Below, one piece after another: positions 9,190 to 17,806 of a stretch of 27,956 nt of DNA; position 1 is the stretch's first letter; each line of letters starts with the position of its first letter. The stretch lies in contig JAVYWK010000024.1 of the NCBI GenBank assembly GCA_038727095.1, positions 1 through 27,956 on the forward strand. Reading direction: 5' to 3'. A program made the position numbers and the translations under genes. The notes under the pieces were generated by a model that was given only the letters and a program-made list of their open reading frames with translations, ran no database searches and had not been told where the DNA came from. The DNA is from Thermofilaceae archaeon. Lineage in GTDB: Archaea > Thermoproteota > Thermoprotei > Thermofilales > Thermofilaceae.

Positions 9190-9566
9190 TCGATACAAAC
9201 ATCCTAATCGACATCTTTGAGCGAGGAAACGAGAGGCTCCTGCTGAAACTCCTGGAGTTTGAGGTGTTTGTACCCTCCGTCGCCCTCTATGAATACCTGT
9301 GGGGGTACCTCTACATCGGCCGCGATTACCTGAGGGAGAAGGAGCTAATCGAGAAACTCTTCGCAGTTGTTTACCCCGACCAGCGGATCACGCTCAAAGC
9401 GATGGAACTGGAAGTTCAACTCAGGAAGCAGGGATTCTCAATCCCACAGGCTGACGTTCTAATCGCAGCAACCGCTCTCACACTCAATGCCCCGCTACTC
9501 TCCAGAGACCTGGAGCACTACGAGAAACTGAGGAACTTCGGGCTAAAAATCCTCACCGAACTGTAG
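9171..9566 (+). CDS. vapC: VapC PIN-domain toxin
   Basis: IVVDTNILID, ALYEYLWG, ADVLIAATA and LLSRDLEHY contain the PIN acidic residues. 131 aa. Confidence 0.93.
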   Translation: MVEKIVVDTNILIDIFERGNERLLLKLLEFEVFVPSVALYEYLWGYLYIGRDYLREKELIEKLFAVVYPDQRITLKAMELEVQLRKQGFSIPQADVLIAATALTLNAPLLSRDLEHYEKLRNFGLKILTEL

Positions 9567-9974
9567 CCGCCTACCAACAATATTCATGCTGCTGCTAACC
9601 CGTTAAGCAGTCTCCACACTCAGTGCACACGATATTGTAAGCTCCTCACACCCGATCATAAACATCGATCAGCGGCTCTGGAAAATTTCAGGAAGCAGAA
9701 GACCACAAATTATCGAAAAATTCAATTTATTAAACTCGATATTTCCCATAAAATTGCTAACATAGTGTAAACTACAAAGTCGCTTAATATTGATAAAAAT
9801 AGATTAAAAATAAGTTTATAAGTACCGAAAAATAATAAAAAACAAAATTAATATGAATTAACTTAATTTAGAAACAATAAAGAATCTCTTGAATTATAAA
9901 ATAAATTTTTAGATTTATTTTATTCTTAACTTTTAAAGATTATAACCTTAAAATTCTCTCAGGTAAAATCTTGA

Positions 9975-9988
9975 GAAAAATTTATATA
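9975..9988 (+). promoter_or_regulatory. BRE-TATA promoter (GAAAAA-TTTATATA) of the YbjN-like / zinc-ribbon / PrsW operon
   Basis: Consensus archaeal BRE plus TATA, ending about 28 nt before GTG 10017. Confidence 0.7.
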
Positions 9989-10016
9989 GGCTATTTTTAC
10001 CATCTTATCGAAAGAT

Positions 10017-10466
10017 GTGAAACCCGTAAAAATTGGCGATATAGAGGGATGGTTAAAAGAAAAGAATATAAAATTTGAGAAAGCTGGTCAAACTATAGTT
10101 ATTCCTTTTGAATCCACGCTTGTCGCTATTAGGGAATTTTCATGGAAAGAGGGTTTAAATATTATTGAGATAATTGCTACGGTAGCTGTAGAAGTTAAAC
10201 CTAGCCTCGACCTCTTCAGATTTCTCCTCGAGAGGAATGCTGAAACTCCTTTCGGGAAATTCACTTTTGTTGAAAAGGGATTGGACATGAAACCGACGGT
10301 ATTCTTTACGCACTCCCTTCTAGGCGCAAAACTCGATAAAATCGAGTTTGAAGAAGCTTTGAACACCATAATCAGTTTTGCAGATTTCTACGATGAGAAG
10401 ATTGCGGAACTTGGACAAGGGAAAACTTTTAGGGATTATTCAAAAGAAAAAACTGGTGGAAAGTAG
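10017..10466 (+). CDS. YbjN / type III secretion chaperone-like fold protein
   Basis: 149 aa and soluble. LFRFLLERNAETPFGKF, FFTHSLLG..LD..EF and ADFYDEKIAE.GQGK resemble YbjN-family members. Recognised by eye only. Confidence 0.6.
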   Translation: MKPVKIGDIEGWLKEKNIKFEKAGQTIVIPFESTLVAIREFSWKEGLNIIEIIATVAVEVKPSLDLFRFLLERNAETPFGKFTFVEKGLDMKPTVFFTHSLLGAKLDKIEFEEALNTIISFADFYDEKIAELGQGKTFRDYSKEKTGGK

Positions 10467-10783
10467 TGTCTAAAACTCTCGGTACGGTATTAATAATTTT
10501 AGGAGTCTTCGTTCTACTTTTCATCAACATTCTCCTAGGCATACCCCTGATTATAGCCGGCTTTTACCTCAGAAGGAAAACCCAACCCCCAGCCTACATG
10601 CCCCCACAGGCCCCCTACGGTTTCTACTACCCGCAACCGGTTCAACCTCCACCACCGCCGCCACCACCTCCCGTCCAACAGCAGCAGCCGATGGTTGCTC
10701 AACGCTACGTTTGCCCGAACTGTGGTCAACTACTATCGGGGCGCGAATCCTACTGTCCACGTTGCGGCGTACGGTTATCGTAG
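10466..10783 (+). CDS. Small membrane protein: N-terminal TM hairpin, Pro/Gln-rich linker, C-terminal zinc ribbon
   Basis: About 30 hydrophobic residues, then RRK, a poly-Pro run and CPNCG-x8-CPRCG. Its start overlaps the upstream stop (TAGTG). Confidence 0.8.
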   Translation: MSKTLGTVLIILGVFVLLFINILLGIPLIIAGFYLRRKTQPPAYMPPQAPYGFYYPQPVQPPPPPPPPPVQQQQPMVAQRYVCPNCGQLLSGRESYCPRCGVRLS

Positions 10784-10801
10784 ACGGCTGGTGTTCTTAT
10801 C

Positions 10802-11935
10802 ATGGCCTCTGTAACTTGCTGGAGTTGCGGTCAGCAGAACGATTCGAGGAACCTTTACTGCATCAATTGTGGTCAACCCTTACGTGCTAAGATGTGCCCA
10901 AGCTGCGGGCAACAGGTGCAGGTGAACGCTAACGCATGCCCACGTTGCGGCTACTCGTTCCAGCCTCAAAGCCTTTCAGCCTACAGGTATTCGATGAACC
11001 AATCAACCCCTTACGTTGAACCGAGCTTTACTCCGCGGAGAAGCCTCATTGAAAATGTTAAATTGATTCACAATTTAATCTTCAGTAAAAGACCCCCGAT
11101 ATATAGGGCTTCTCAGGAGGTTTATGGGAGGCTACCATGGTCTACCATAAATTCGTCTGGAAAGTACCTCAACTATGCCCTATTTTCGATCCTGGCTGGA
11201 GTCGGGCTTGTCTTCCTCATATCCCTCACCGAGGGGGTGGTCGATTACTTCGTCGTAGCGTTTGTAACAGCGATCATACCAGCTTTAATGTACTTGCTCT
11301 GGATGAGCAGGAACGATAGGTTCGAGCCTGAACCAGCATGGATGATAGCTCTAGCCTTCGGTTGGGGGGCTCTCTCAACACTTCCAGCCATAATACTAAA
11401 CGATCTTACCTTTTCCCTAGTAGGGGGTTGGAGCGGGGTAGCGGGATTGACAGAGGAGCCGTCAAAGATGCTTGGTGTTTACCTTATGGCTGTAAGCCCC
11501 AACCTGAGAAACGAGTTTAACGATCACCTTGATGGTCTAATCTACGGCGCAGCTGCAGGGTTGGGTTTCGGCTTCGTGGAAAACATCCTGTATATTACGC
11601 GGCTAGTCGGTGAGAACCCACTGATCATCGGGATCAGAGCCATAACGATAGGCATGCACATGTTCTGTACAGGCCTCATCGGCTGGTGGATGGGCTACTT
11701 GAAAGTTCACGGTATAAGCATCAACCTCACAAACATTCTCCCCGCTTTAGCCTACTCCGCAACACTCCACATGTGCTGGAACACAATAGGCAGTTTCGAA
11801 TACTTGAGCCTGATAGTCTTCATAGCTGGCCCAATACTGGTCTTATACCTCAATAAAATGGCTAAAGAAGCTTTGATCGATGAGTACTACTGGGGCTTCG
11901 CATCAGGCTACGCACCCGTCGAGATGACAAGATAA
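10802..11935 (+). CDS. PrsW-family membrane protease fused to an N-terminal double zinc ribbon
   Basis: N-terminal CWSC/CINC/CPSC/CPRC. PrsW motifs: DRFEPEP, TEEPSK (EExxK), DGLIYGAAAGLGFGFVEN (FxxxEN), GMH and LHMCWN (HxxxN). Confidence 0.9.
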   Translation: MASVTCWSCGQQNDSRNLYCINCGQPLRAKMCPSCGQQVQVNANACPRCGYSFQPQSLSAYRYSMNQSTPYVEPSFTPRRSLIENVKLIHNLIFSKRPPIYRASQEVYGRLPWSTINSSGKYLNYALFSILAGVGLVFLISLTEGVVDYFVVAFVTAIIPALMYLLWMSRNDRFEPEPAWMIALAFGWGALSTLPAIILNDLTFSLVGGWSGVAGLTEEPSKMLGVYLMAVSPNLRNEFNDHLDGLIYGAAAGLGFGFVENILYITRLVGENPLIIGIRAITIGMHMFCTGLIGWWMGYLKVHGISINLTNILPALAYSATLHMCWNTIGSFEYLSLIVFIAGPILVLYLNKMAKEALIDEYYWGFASGYAPVEMTR

Positions 11936-11992
11936 AATACCCTTTAATCTCACTTTTTAGCATTAAGATTTAGTAAAATTAATTAAAAATTT

Positions 11993-12529
11993 TTACCATT
12001 CTTTCGTGTAAACTCTTGAAGCGAGCTTAGCAGCTACATAGCTGTAGCAGGGTGAGCCCGTGTGCTTTACCGATTTCTCCCCTATGATGTGCACCACCTC
12101 CACATCCGTCGCGGTGAGCGCGTCAGCGATGAACTGCCTGTGACAGTACTCGGGTTTCCCCTCCCTGCAGATGATCAGCGGGGCCAAACCTTCGACAGCC
12201 ATACCCCGTATCAGCGATAAGGCCCTGAGAGCTTGGGGCTCGGTCGTCAGGTAGACCACGTACGACTGGAATGTTGGCGAGCTAGTGCACGTCACGGGTT
12301 CTGCAACCCTGTACCTCTTGCTCAAACCAAGCGCCCCGAGCTCGCCGAGCCAGACGTATGAGACCCCGACCCGCTCCAGCTCCGCTCTCAGGTTCTCACC
12401 GGTGTAGAAGCTGACGCTCGAGCGGGGGAACCTGCGCACGTCAACCACCACCCTGCAGCCGAGCTTTCCCACTATCTCGAGGAAGCGCTCAGGCTTTACA
12501 CCCCCGTAACCGAGCGTGTACGCTCGCAC
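11993..12529 (-). CDS. DUF488 family protein
   Basis: YTLGYG, VVDVRRFPRS, Y.WLGELG, CREGKPEYCHRQFIAD and VVHI match the DUF488 pattern. Confidence 0.85.
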   Translation of the reverse strand: MRAYTLGYGGVKPERFLEIVGKLGCRVVVDVRRFPRSSVSFYTGENLRAELERVGVSYVWLGELGALGLSKRYRVAEPVTCTSSPTFQSYVVYLTTEPQALRALSLIRGMAVEGLAPLIICREGKPEYCHRQFIADALTATDVEVVHIIGEKSVKHTGSPCYSYVAAKLASRVYTKEW

Positions 12530-12578
12530 CGCGTAGAAGCGGTATGGCTAGAAAAAGAGTTTCACTCCCGAGTAGCGC

Positions 12579-15548
12579 TCAACCGTAGAGGACTGCTCTT
12601 AGACCTTTGAAGCCGAAGGGTCTCAGCACGTACTCATCGATCCAGTGGGCTTCGTCGGTGAACGTCTCGGGGCCCGTCCACGCGGGGTCCCCGCCCGCGT
12701 AGTGGAGTGGTCCGAAGAGGTTCCTCAGCGTCCCGACGAGCACAACCCTGACATCGTTGACGCCCGGCTTCACTAAGCCCGTGACGTCCACTTCGAAGGG
12801 GGGTAGGAAGACCTCCCCTGCTCTGCCCCCGTTGACGTAGACCTCGGCTAGCGCGGCGTTCAACTCGCTGAACCTCAGCGCGACCCGCTTCGCAAGGCTT
12901 GGGAGCTCGAAGCTCCTCCTCAGCTCCACCGAGCCAGCGTAGAAGGGTAGGCCTTCGCGGCAGAGGTCGGAGGCGTCGACGATCCTCCTCTCCTCCACGA
13001 TCCGCGAAGCCCCTCTAGGCCGCGGCTCCACTCCGAAGCTGCCGAAGATGTAGATGGGCTCCAGCTCCGGTTCAACACCAACCGTGCCCGACAGCTCGAC
13101 CGTGTTCACCCCTTGGACCAGCAGGCTGGATGCATCAGCAACCCCAAAGCTCGGGTCGAACCAGCTCCTCTCCCAATCCGTCACCGGCTTACCGTTCACT
13201 TTAACATCGTAGAGGTGCGGCTGCTCCAGCACCAGTTTTGCGCCCGTAGAGGCGGGCTCGGCTAGGCACTCGAACTCGAACTTGAGAGCGAAGCACGTAC
13301 CAAGGCCCTTGGTCGAAATCAACCTTTGCGCGCGCCAAACGGGTAAAACATCGCTCCATGATCCTCCGTCAACGCTGAACCTGCAGTAGTCCAGGACGAG
13401 CGCGTTGGGCTCCAGCCTCTTCAACTCCCAGCCGCTTTCGCTAATAGTCACCTCGAGCACCGGCTTGAGCTTGGGCTCCGGCGGCAGTGGTTCACCCCGG
13501 GTAAAGCGTATCAAGGTTGAGCCAATAGGAGGAAGCTCCAGCTCAACCCACGTCCTCGCTCCGCTCTCCCGCGCCCCGAGGTCGCGCACCTCGCCTGTGA
13601 ACGCGTTCCAGAGTTCCGGCTTCCACGCTCCTTCAATGCCTATTCTCAAGCTCCTCGAGGCTGCTCTATCCGTGTTCGCCAGGAAGAGCAGCAACCCGTC
13701 GTCCAGCTCCCTTAAGTGGTAGAGGACAGAGCCCTCGGGGTCGCCCTCGATCAAAACGGGCCTCGGGACGCCTTTCAGAGCCTCCTCCAGCGAGCTCCTC
13801 TCCAAGGGTACGAGCTTCGCTTGGCTCACGAGATCCTTTAGCTCGCTGGACGGCACGCCCTCAACCCTCTCGGGTGGGGTTCCCGTGAAGATGAGAGTGC
13901 CACCTGCCCTCGCGAACTCGGTGAGCAGCTTGAGGGTTGTGGAGGCGATTGTGACGCTCGGCGGCACTATCACCGCGTCGTACAGCGCCCTCCCCACCCT
14001 CAGCTTGCGCCCTTCGACGGACGAGTGTTTCGCCATGATCGTCTCGTCGCCCAGCTCGAAGTCGATGTGTAAGGCAAGCAGCTCCCTCAGCAGCTTCCCG
14101 AGGCTCTCGTCGAGCTCTGCAACCCTCTTCTCGGCCAACGGCGTGTAGAGAGCCCAAGCGCTCCCGATCGGGTGAACGACTAGGACGTTCGCCACCCTGA
14201 CGCCCCGCGAGAGAGCGTAGCTGAGCCTGGCGAAGTAGTCCTCGATTAAGCGGTTGTACCTCCACCAGGGCTGGGCCCAGTGGAAGTTGAGGCCGTAATC
14301 CCGCTTCCGCCTACCCCTCAGCGAGTAGGGGAGTAGGTGGTGGTTGAGGAGGTTAACGCCGAGCGCGTAGAGGAAGTCGCCGATCCACTTCCGGTCGGCG
14401 AAGGTAGGGCAGTTGCCGGTGCAGCCGTACGTCTCGCAGAGCACGCGCTCCCGCCCCAGCTGGTTGGCTACGCTCGCCACCTGCTTCGCGGTCAGCAGGC
14501 TGCCCCAGATCTGGAAGCCCAGGTGGTCGATCCCTGGCACGTGCTGGTACTCGTAGTGGGGCATCACTGCGCCCGCGCACTTCAACTGGCTCAGGAGGCT
14601 ATCCTCCGCAAGGTAGTGGCCGGTGAACTTCAAGCCGTGCTTCTCGCACCACTCGTAGATCTGCCGGGAGAAGGCTTCGACGAACAGCAGCGTCACCGTC
14701 CTCCAGAAGTCGTACCGGGTCTTGAGGTAGTCCCCCAAGTCGAAGATGAGCTCCGGTAGCCTCCCCACGATGTCGTAACCGTTCAGCTCCCTAAACTTCT
14801 CCGGTAGCCTCCCGGTCCAGGGCAGGGAGACGGCTGGGAAACGGGGGCCGCGCGGCGGCAGCTGTACGCGGGGGTGGGGTCTGCTCGACTCGATGTTCGG
14901 CTCGTCTGTAAAGACCCCCGGTATCGTGCGCCCGAACTCCTCCCTGAACCTCAGGTACGGTTCGTAGGCCTCCTCGATGAACAGCTTCACGGCGCCCCGG
15001 TCTAGGAGGTCTACGTAGCAGAAGCCCTCGTACCAAGTCTCGCCCGGCTGCGCGACGTACTCGACGAACGTCAGGTACAGCGGAGCTTTCCCCGCTTCCC
15101 CGGCTTCCGCCCTCTCATAGCGGATCGGAACACCTCTTTCGTCTAGGTGCACCCGGAAAGCGGCGACAACGCGTGGACCGCTGAACGCCCTCTCCGACGC
15201 GACGGCGACGAGTGCTTTAGCCGCTGCTCCAGGGTCGCGTGCCGGCACGAGCCCTCCCGCGAAGCCGGAGGGCCATCTCAGCTCGTCGTACATCCAGATG
15301 TAAGCGCCCAACCGCTTCGCAGCCTCGACAGCAGCCCTGAAGGCCTCGAACCACTCTTCGCCCAGAAATAGGGTGACTAGTCCCTCTCTCGCATGGAAGA
15401 ACGCTCCGCCGAAGCCGGCGTCAACCATCCTATCGACCTGCCTCGCCACCTCCTCCGGGTCCAGCTTATCGTTGATCGACCAGAAGGGGGCGCCCCTGTA
15501 CTCCATCGGGGGTTCCGCGAAGAGTTTAGGGTCGAGCACGCAGCTCAA
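12579..15548 (-). CDS. Large cytoplasmic glycoside hydrolase, GH106 (alpha-L-rhamnosidase)-like; probable start GTG 15539
   Basis: PFWSIN, GFGGAFFHAREGL, WMYDELRWPSGFAGG, GVFTDEP, FTGHYLAE, PGIDHL, AKQVASVA and CETYG, followed by C-terminal beta-sandwich segments (GLPFYAG, AEVYVNG). No signal peptide. Substrate uncertain. Confidence 0.75.
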   Translation of the reverse strand: MSCVLDPKLFAEPPMEYRGAPFWSINDKLDPEEVARQVDRMVDAGFGGAFFHAREGLVTLFLGEEWFEAFRAAVEAAKRLGAYIWMYDELRWPSGFAGGLVPARDPGAAAKALVAVASERAFSGPRVVAAFRVHLDERGVPIRYERAEAGEAGKAPLYLTFVEYVAQPGETWYEGFCYVDLLDRGAVKLFIEEAYEPYLRFREEFGRTIPGVFTDEPNIESSRPHPRVQLPPRGPRFPAVSLPWTGRLPEKFRELNGYDIVGRLPELIFDLGDYLKTRYDFWRTVTLLFVEAFSRQIYEWCEKHGLKFTGHYLAEDSLLSQLKCAGAVMPHYEYQHVPGIDHLGFQIWGSLLTAKQVASVANQLGRERVLCETYGCTGNCPTFADRKWIGDFLYALGVNLLNHHLLPYSLRGRRKRDYGLNFHWAQPWWRYNRLIEDYFARLSYALSRGVRVANVLVVHPIGSAWALYTPLAEKRVAELDESLGKLLRELLALHIDFELGDETIMAKHSSVEGRKLRVGRALYDAVIVPPSVTIASTTLKLLTEFARAGGTLIFTGTPPERVEGVPSSELKDLVSQAKLVPLERSSLEEALKGVPRPVLIEGDPEGSVLYHLRELDDGLLLFLANTDRAASRSLRIGIEGAWKPELWNAFTGEVRDLGARESGARTWVELELPPIGSTLIRFTRGEPLPPEPKLKPVLEVTISESGWELKRLEPNALVLDYCRFSVDGGSWSDVLPVWRAQRLISTKGLGTCFALKFEFECLAEPASTGAKLVLEQPHLYDVKVNGKPVTDWERSWFDPSFGVADASSLLVQGVNTVELSGTVGVEPELEPIYIFGSFGVEPRPRGASRIVEERRIVDASDLCREGLPFYAGSVELRRSFELPSLAKRVALRFSELNAALAEVYVNGGRAGEVFLPPFEVDVTGLVKPGVNDVRVVLVGTLRNLFGPLHYAGGDPAWTGPETFTDEAHWIDEYVLRPFGFKGLRAVLYG

Positions 15549-15638
15549 AGGGCACGGTAGTAAAAATGCCTTGCCGCTCAGCGTCCCTAAACCGAGCCGT
15601 GAATTCGGGTGCTCAAAGGCCAGGGTGCAGCTCGCTTG

Positions 15639-17087
15639 CTAGCGGCGCCTACCTTGCTGCCCGCATTCGATCAGGAGAAGCCAGCCGTTAGGCAGCTGCT
15701 TTTCGTTGGCGAACATGATGGGCAGACCCTTGGACAGCGGGTTCGGGACCCTTACGGCGAAGTACCGCCCCTCGCTGCAGTAGCGGGAGACGTTGTGGAG
15801 CACGTGCGACCAGACGACGGTCTCGTTGGGCAGTATCCCTGCAACCGTGTTCCCGCTCACCTCTGCGTAGACTGCTTCCCCACTGGCCGTGACAATGCCG
15901 AACTCCACCGGCCAGTCGTAGTAGAAGGGGGCTATGCCGAAGTTCTTCACTACGACGTGTACGCTCACAGAATCGCCCGGGAGAGGCTCGACGGAAGCGT
16001 AACACACAGCGAAGGTGTAGCCCATCCGCTGGGATGCTTCAGCTGCCCTTCTCAGCTCCGCCGATGTGTATGGATGGGAGAAGAGCCGATCCATGAGTAG
16101 GTAGCTGGCGTGAGTAGCTTTAATGCACTGCATGAAGTGCTCGAACAGGTCGGCCCTCCTGAAGACGTCCGCTTGGATCTCCGGGCGGACTTCGCCCCCG
16201 ATCGGTTCGGTCTTCCACCTTTCAGTCAACCCAGCCCTCCGTAGCTGGTTGTAGAAGTACCAGTCCACTTCCCCCAGCGTGGCGTAGGCGAAGGAATCGT
16301 CGTGGAAGCCTACGTTGTAGTCCCGCGTTACCCTGCTCGGGTAGCGAACTTGCAGCCTCGTTACGTTGAAGCTTCGATCATAAGCCTCAAGCACAGCCCG
16401 CTGCGTTTCTTCGCTGGCGAACCACTCGTTATGCGGGTAGGTGTGCCACTCCCCCCAGAAGCCTAGAAGCCCAACCTGGATAAACGCTATCCTGGGGTCA
16501 CCGTCGTACCTCCTACCCAGCACCCGGATGAACTCCACCATGAGCTTCACCATGCGAGGGTCATCGTAGTCAGGCGACAATCCGCCACCGTACTCCTCGT
16601 ACCTCCTCATCTCAACCCCCGCTTCAATCAAGCACTTGGGAACCCCCGTCGGCAGGCTGGGGTAGTCGAAGTAGAAGCGGAGTATCAGCTGGTGCCCTCG
16701 CCCCGCAACTTCGTTGAGAAGGTTCTCCAGGCGGGTAAAGTCAAAGTAGTACGCTGAGCCGTTGCACTTCACTACGCTGTTCACGGGGACGTACGCGAAC
16801 TCCATAGAGTAGGGGAGGGGCGCGCGCCCCCTCAAAGCTCGCGCCGTTTCAACAAAGGGTACGAAACCCTTCAGCGGGTTGGTGACCGGCACCGCTCCGA
16901 AAGGGATAACGTGCCACTCCCGCCCCGGAGGAGGTGAAGGGCGATCCCTCTCCGCGATCATACTCCTCCACTCTTCAGCGCGGCTTGAGGAGGAGAGAAG
17001 CCAGAAAGCCGCGGACGAAACAATAACAGCTGGAAGGAGGAGTATGGTAAGCCTCAAGCTTCTCGAGGAGCTCCATTTGGCAAGCAC
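15639..17087 (-). CDS. Membrane-anchored putative glycoside hydrolase (DUF4832-type, clan GH-A-like TIM barrel plus C-terminal Ig-like domain)
   Basis: N-terminal TM helix. NPLKGF, ILRFYFDYP, PDYDDP, YDGDPRIAFIQVGLLGFWGEWH, PIGGE, MGY and NFGIAPFY. Sequons NGS, NVT, NET and NVS. Confidence 0.7.
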   Translation of the reverse strand: MLAKWSSSRSLRLTILLLPAVIVSSAAFWLLSSSSRAEEWRSMIAERDRPSPPPGREWHVIPFGAVPVTNPLKGFVPFVETARALRGRAPLPYSMEFAYVPVNSVVKCNGSAYYFDFTRLENLLNEVAGRGHQLILRFYFDYPSLPTGVPKCLIEAGVEMRRYEEYGGGLSPDYDDPRMVKLMVEFIRVLGRRYDGDPRIAFIQVGLLGFWGEWHTYPHNEWFASEETQRAVLEAYDRSFNVTRLQVRYPSRVTRDYNVGFHDDSFAYATLGEVDWYFYNQLRRAGLTERWKTEPIGGEVRPEIQADVFRRADLFEHFMQCIKATHASYLLMDRLFSHPYTSAELRRAAEASQRMGYTFAVCYASVEPLPGDSVSVHVVVKNFGIAPFYYDWPVEFGIVTASGEAVYAEVSGNTVAGILPNETVVWSHVLHNVSRYCSEGRYFAVRVPNPLSKGLPIMFANEKQLPNGWLLLIECGQQGRRR

Positions 17088-17192
17088 TGCTCATCCTGCC
17101 AGCGCGCGCTTTTCAAAGTATCGGAGCAAGACTTCAGCTGAGGTGAGCATTGGTGACGCTAGCGGTAAAAACTAGCTAAAGGGGTCTTAGGT

Positions 17193-17804
17193 GTGAGCGT
17201 GCGCTTAGCGTACATCGGCGTGCGCGAGAACACTTTGAAGGGGGCTGGGAAGCTCATATGGTACCCTTTCGCAAGGCTGGATCCCGATGAGGAGGGGTGG
17301 TGCCTCCTAGTAGACTGCTTCGCCGCCGCGCTCGCGGGCTCATCGACCGCTAGGCTGCTGCTTTCGAGAAGGCTCGAAGTTTCCCGGCTCGAGCTGCATC
17401 CGCAGCCCCCCATAGACGCGCCAAGGCTTGAACCGGTATCCTGCGGGCAGGAGGTTTTGCAGGAGATCAAAACACTCCGCGGTAGACCCGGTGGAACATC
17501 GGTGACTTTCTCGCCCTTCGAGCCCGTCGATTACGCGGCCGTCAGGATGCTCGGATCGAGGTTGGCGCTCAGGAGGATTGAAGAGTTCTTTAAGGGCTTC
17601 GTTAAGCCGCACGAGATGGTAGAGGCGTTGCTTGAAGCTGTGAAACCGGAAAGATTGACCTACTGGGGGGTTCTGTACGTCCTGCTTCAAATCGACGAGA
17701 AGAGGCGCGCCTTCTTCATCTTCGGCGGACGGAGGGTTAGATCCACGTTGCACGAGGCATACCTGATGAGGGAGGATGTTTGGAGAAATATTTCGCGAGG
17801 TTAG
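17193..17804 (+). CDS. Hypothetical protein
   Basis: 203 aa ORF filling the gap between the GH and oppF, with protein-like composition. It stops 2 nt from the oppF stop. No motif recognised. Confidence 0.65.
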   Translation: MSVRLAYIGVRENTLKGAGKLIWYPFARLDPDEEGWCLLVDCFAAALAGSSTARLLLSRRLEVSRLELHPQPPIDAPRLEPVSCGQEVLQEIKTLRGRPGGTSVTFSPFEPVDYAAVRMLGSRLALRRIEEFFKGFVKPHEMVEALLEAVKPERLTYWGVLYVLLQIDEKRRAFFIFGGRRVRSTLHEAYLMREDVWRNISRG

Positions 17805-17806
17805 CT

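Noticed and set aside
9595-9645. Minus-strand peptide GAYNIVCTECGDCLTG with a CxxCxxC motif
   Set aside because: Only 16 codons between stops and lacking the fourth ferredoxin Cys. Cannot be distinguished from chance.
9670-9975. AT-rich tract as a possible replication origin (CTGGAAAATTTCAG near 9678)
   Set aside because: No convincing repeated ORB elements and no cdc6/orc1 or whiP gene nearby.
10636-10690. CCA/CCG/CAG trinucleotide-like repeat
   Set aside because: Explained by the poly-Pro/Gln linker of the 105-aa protein. Codons are mixed, so it is not a slippage tract.
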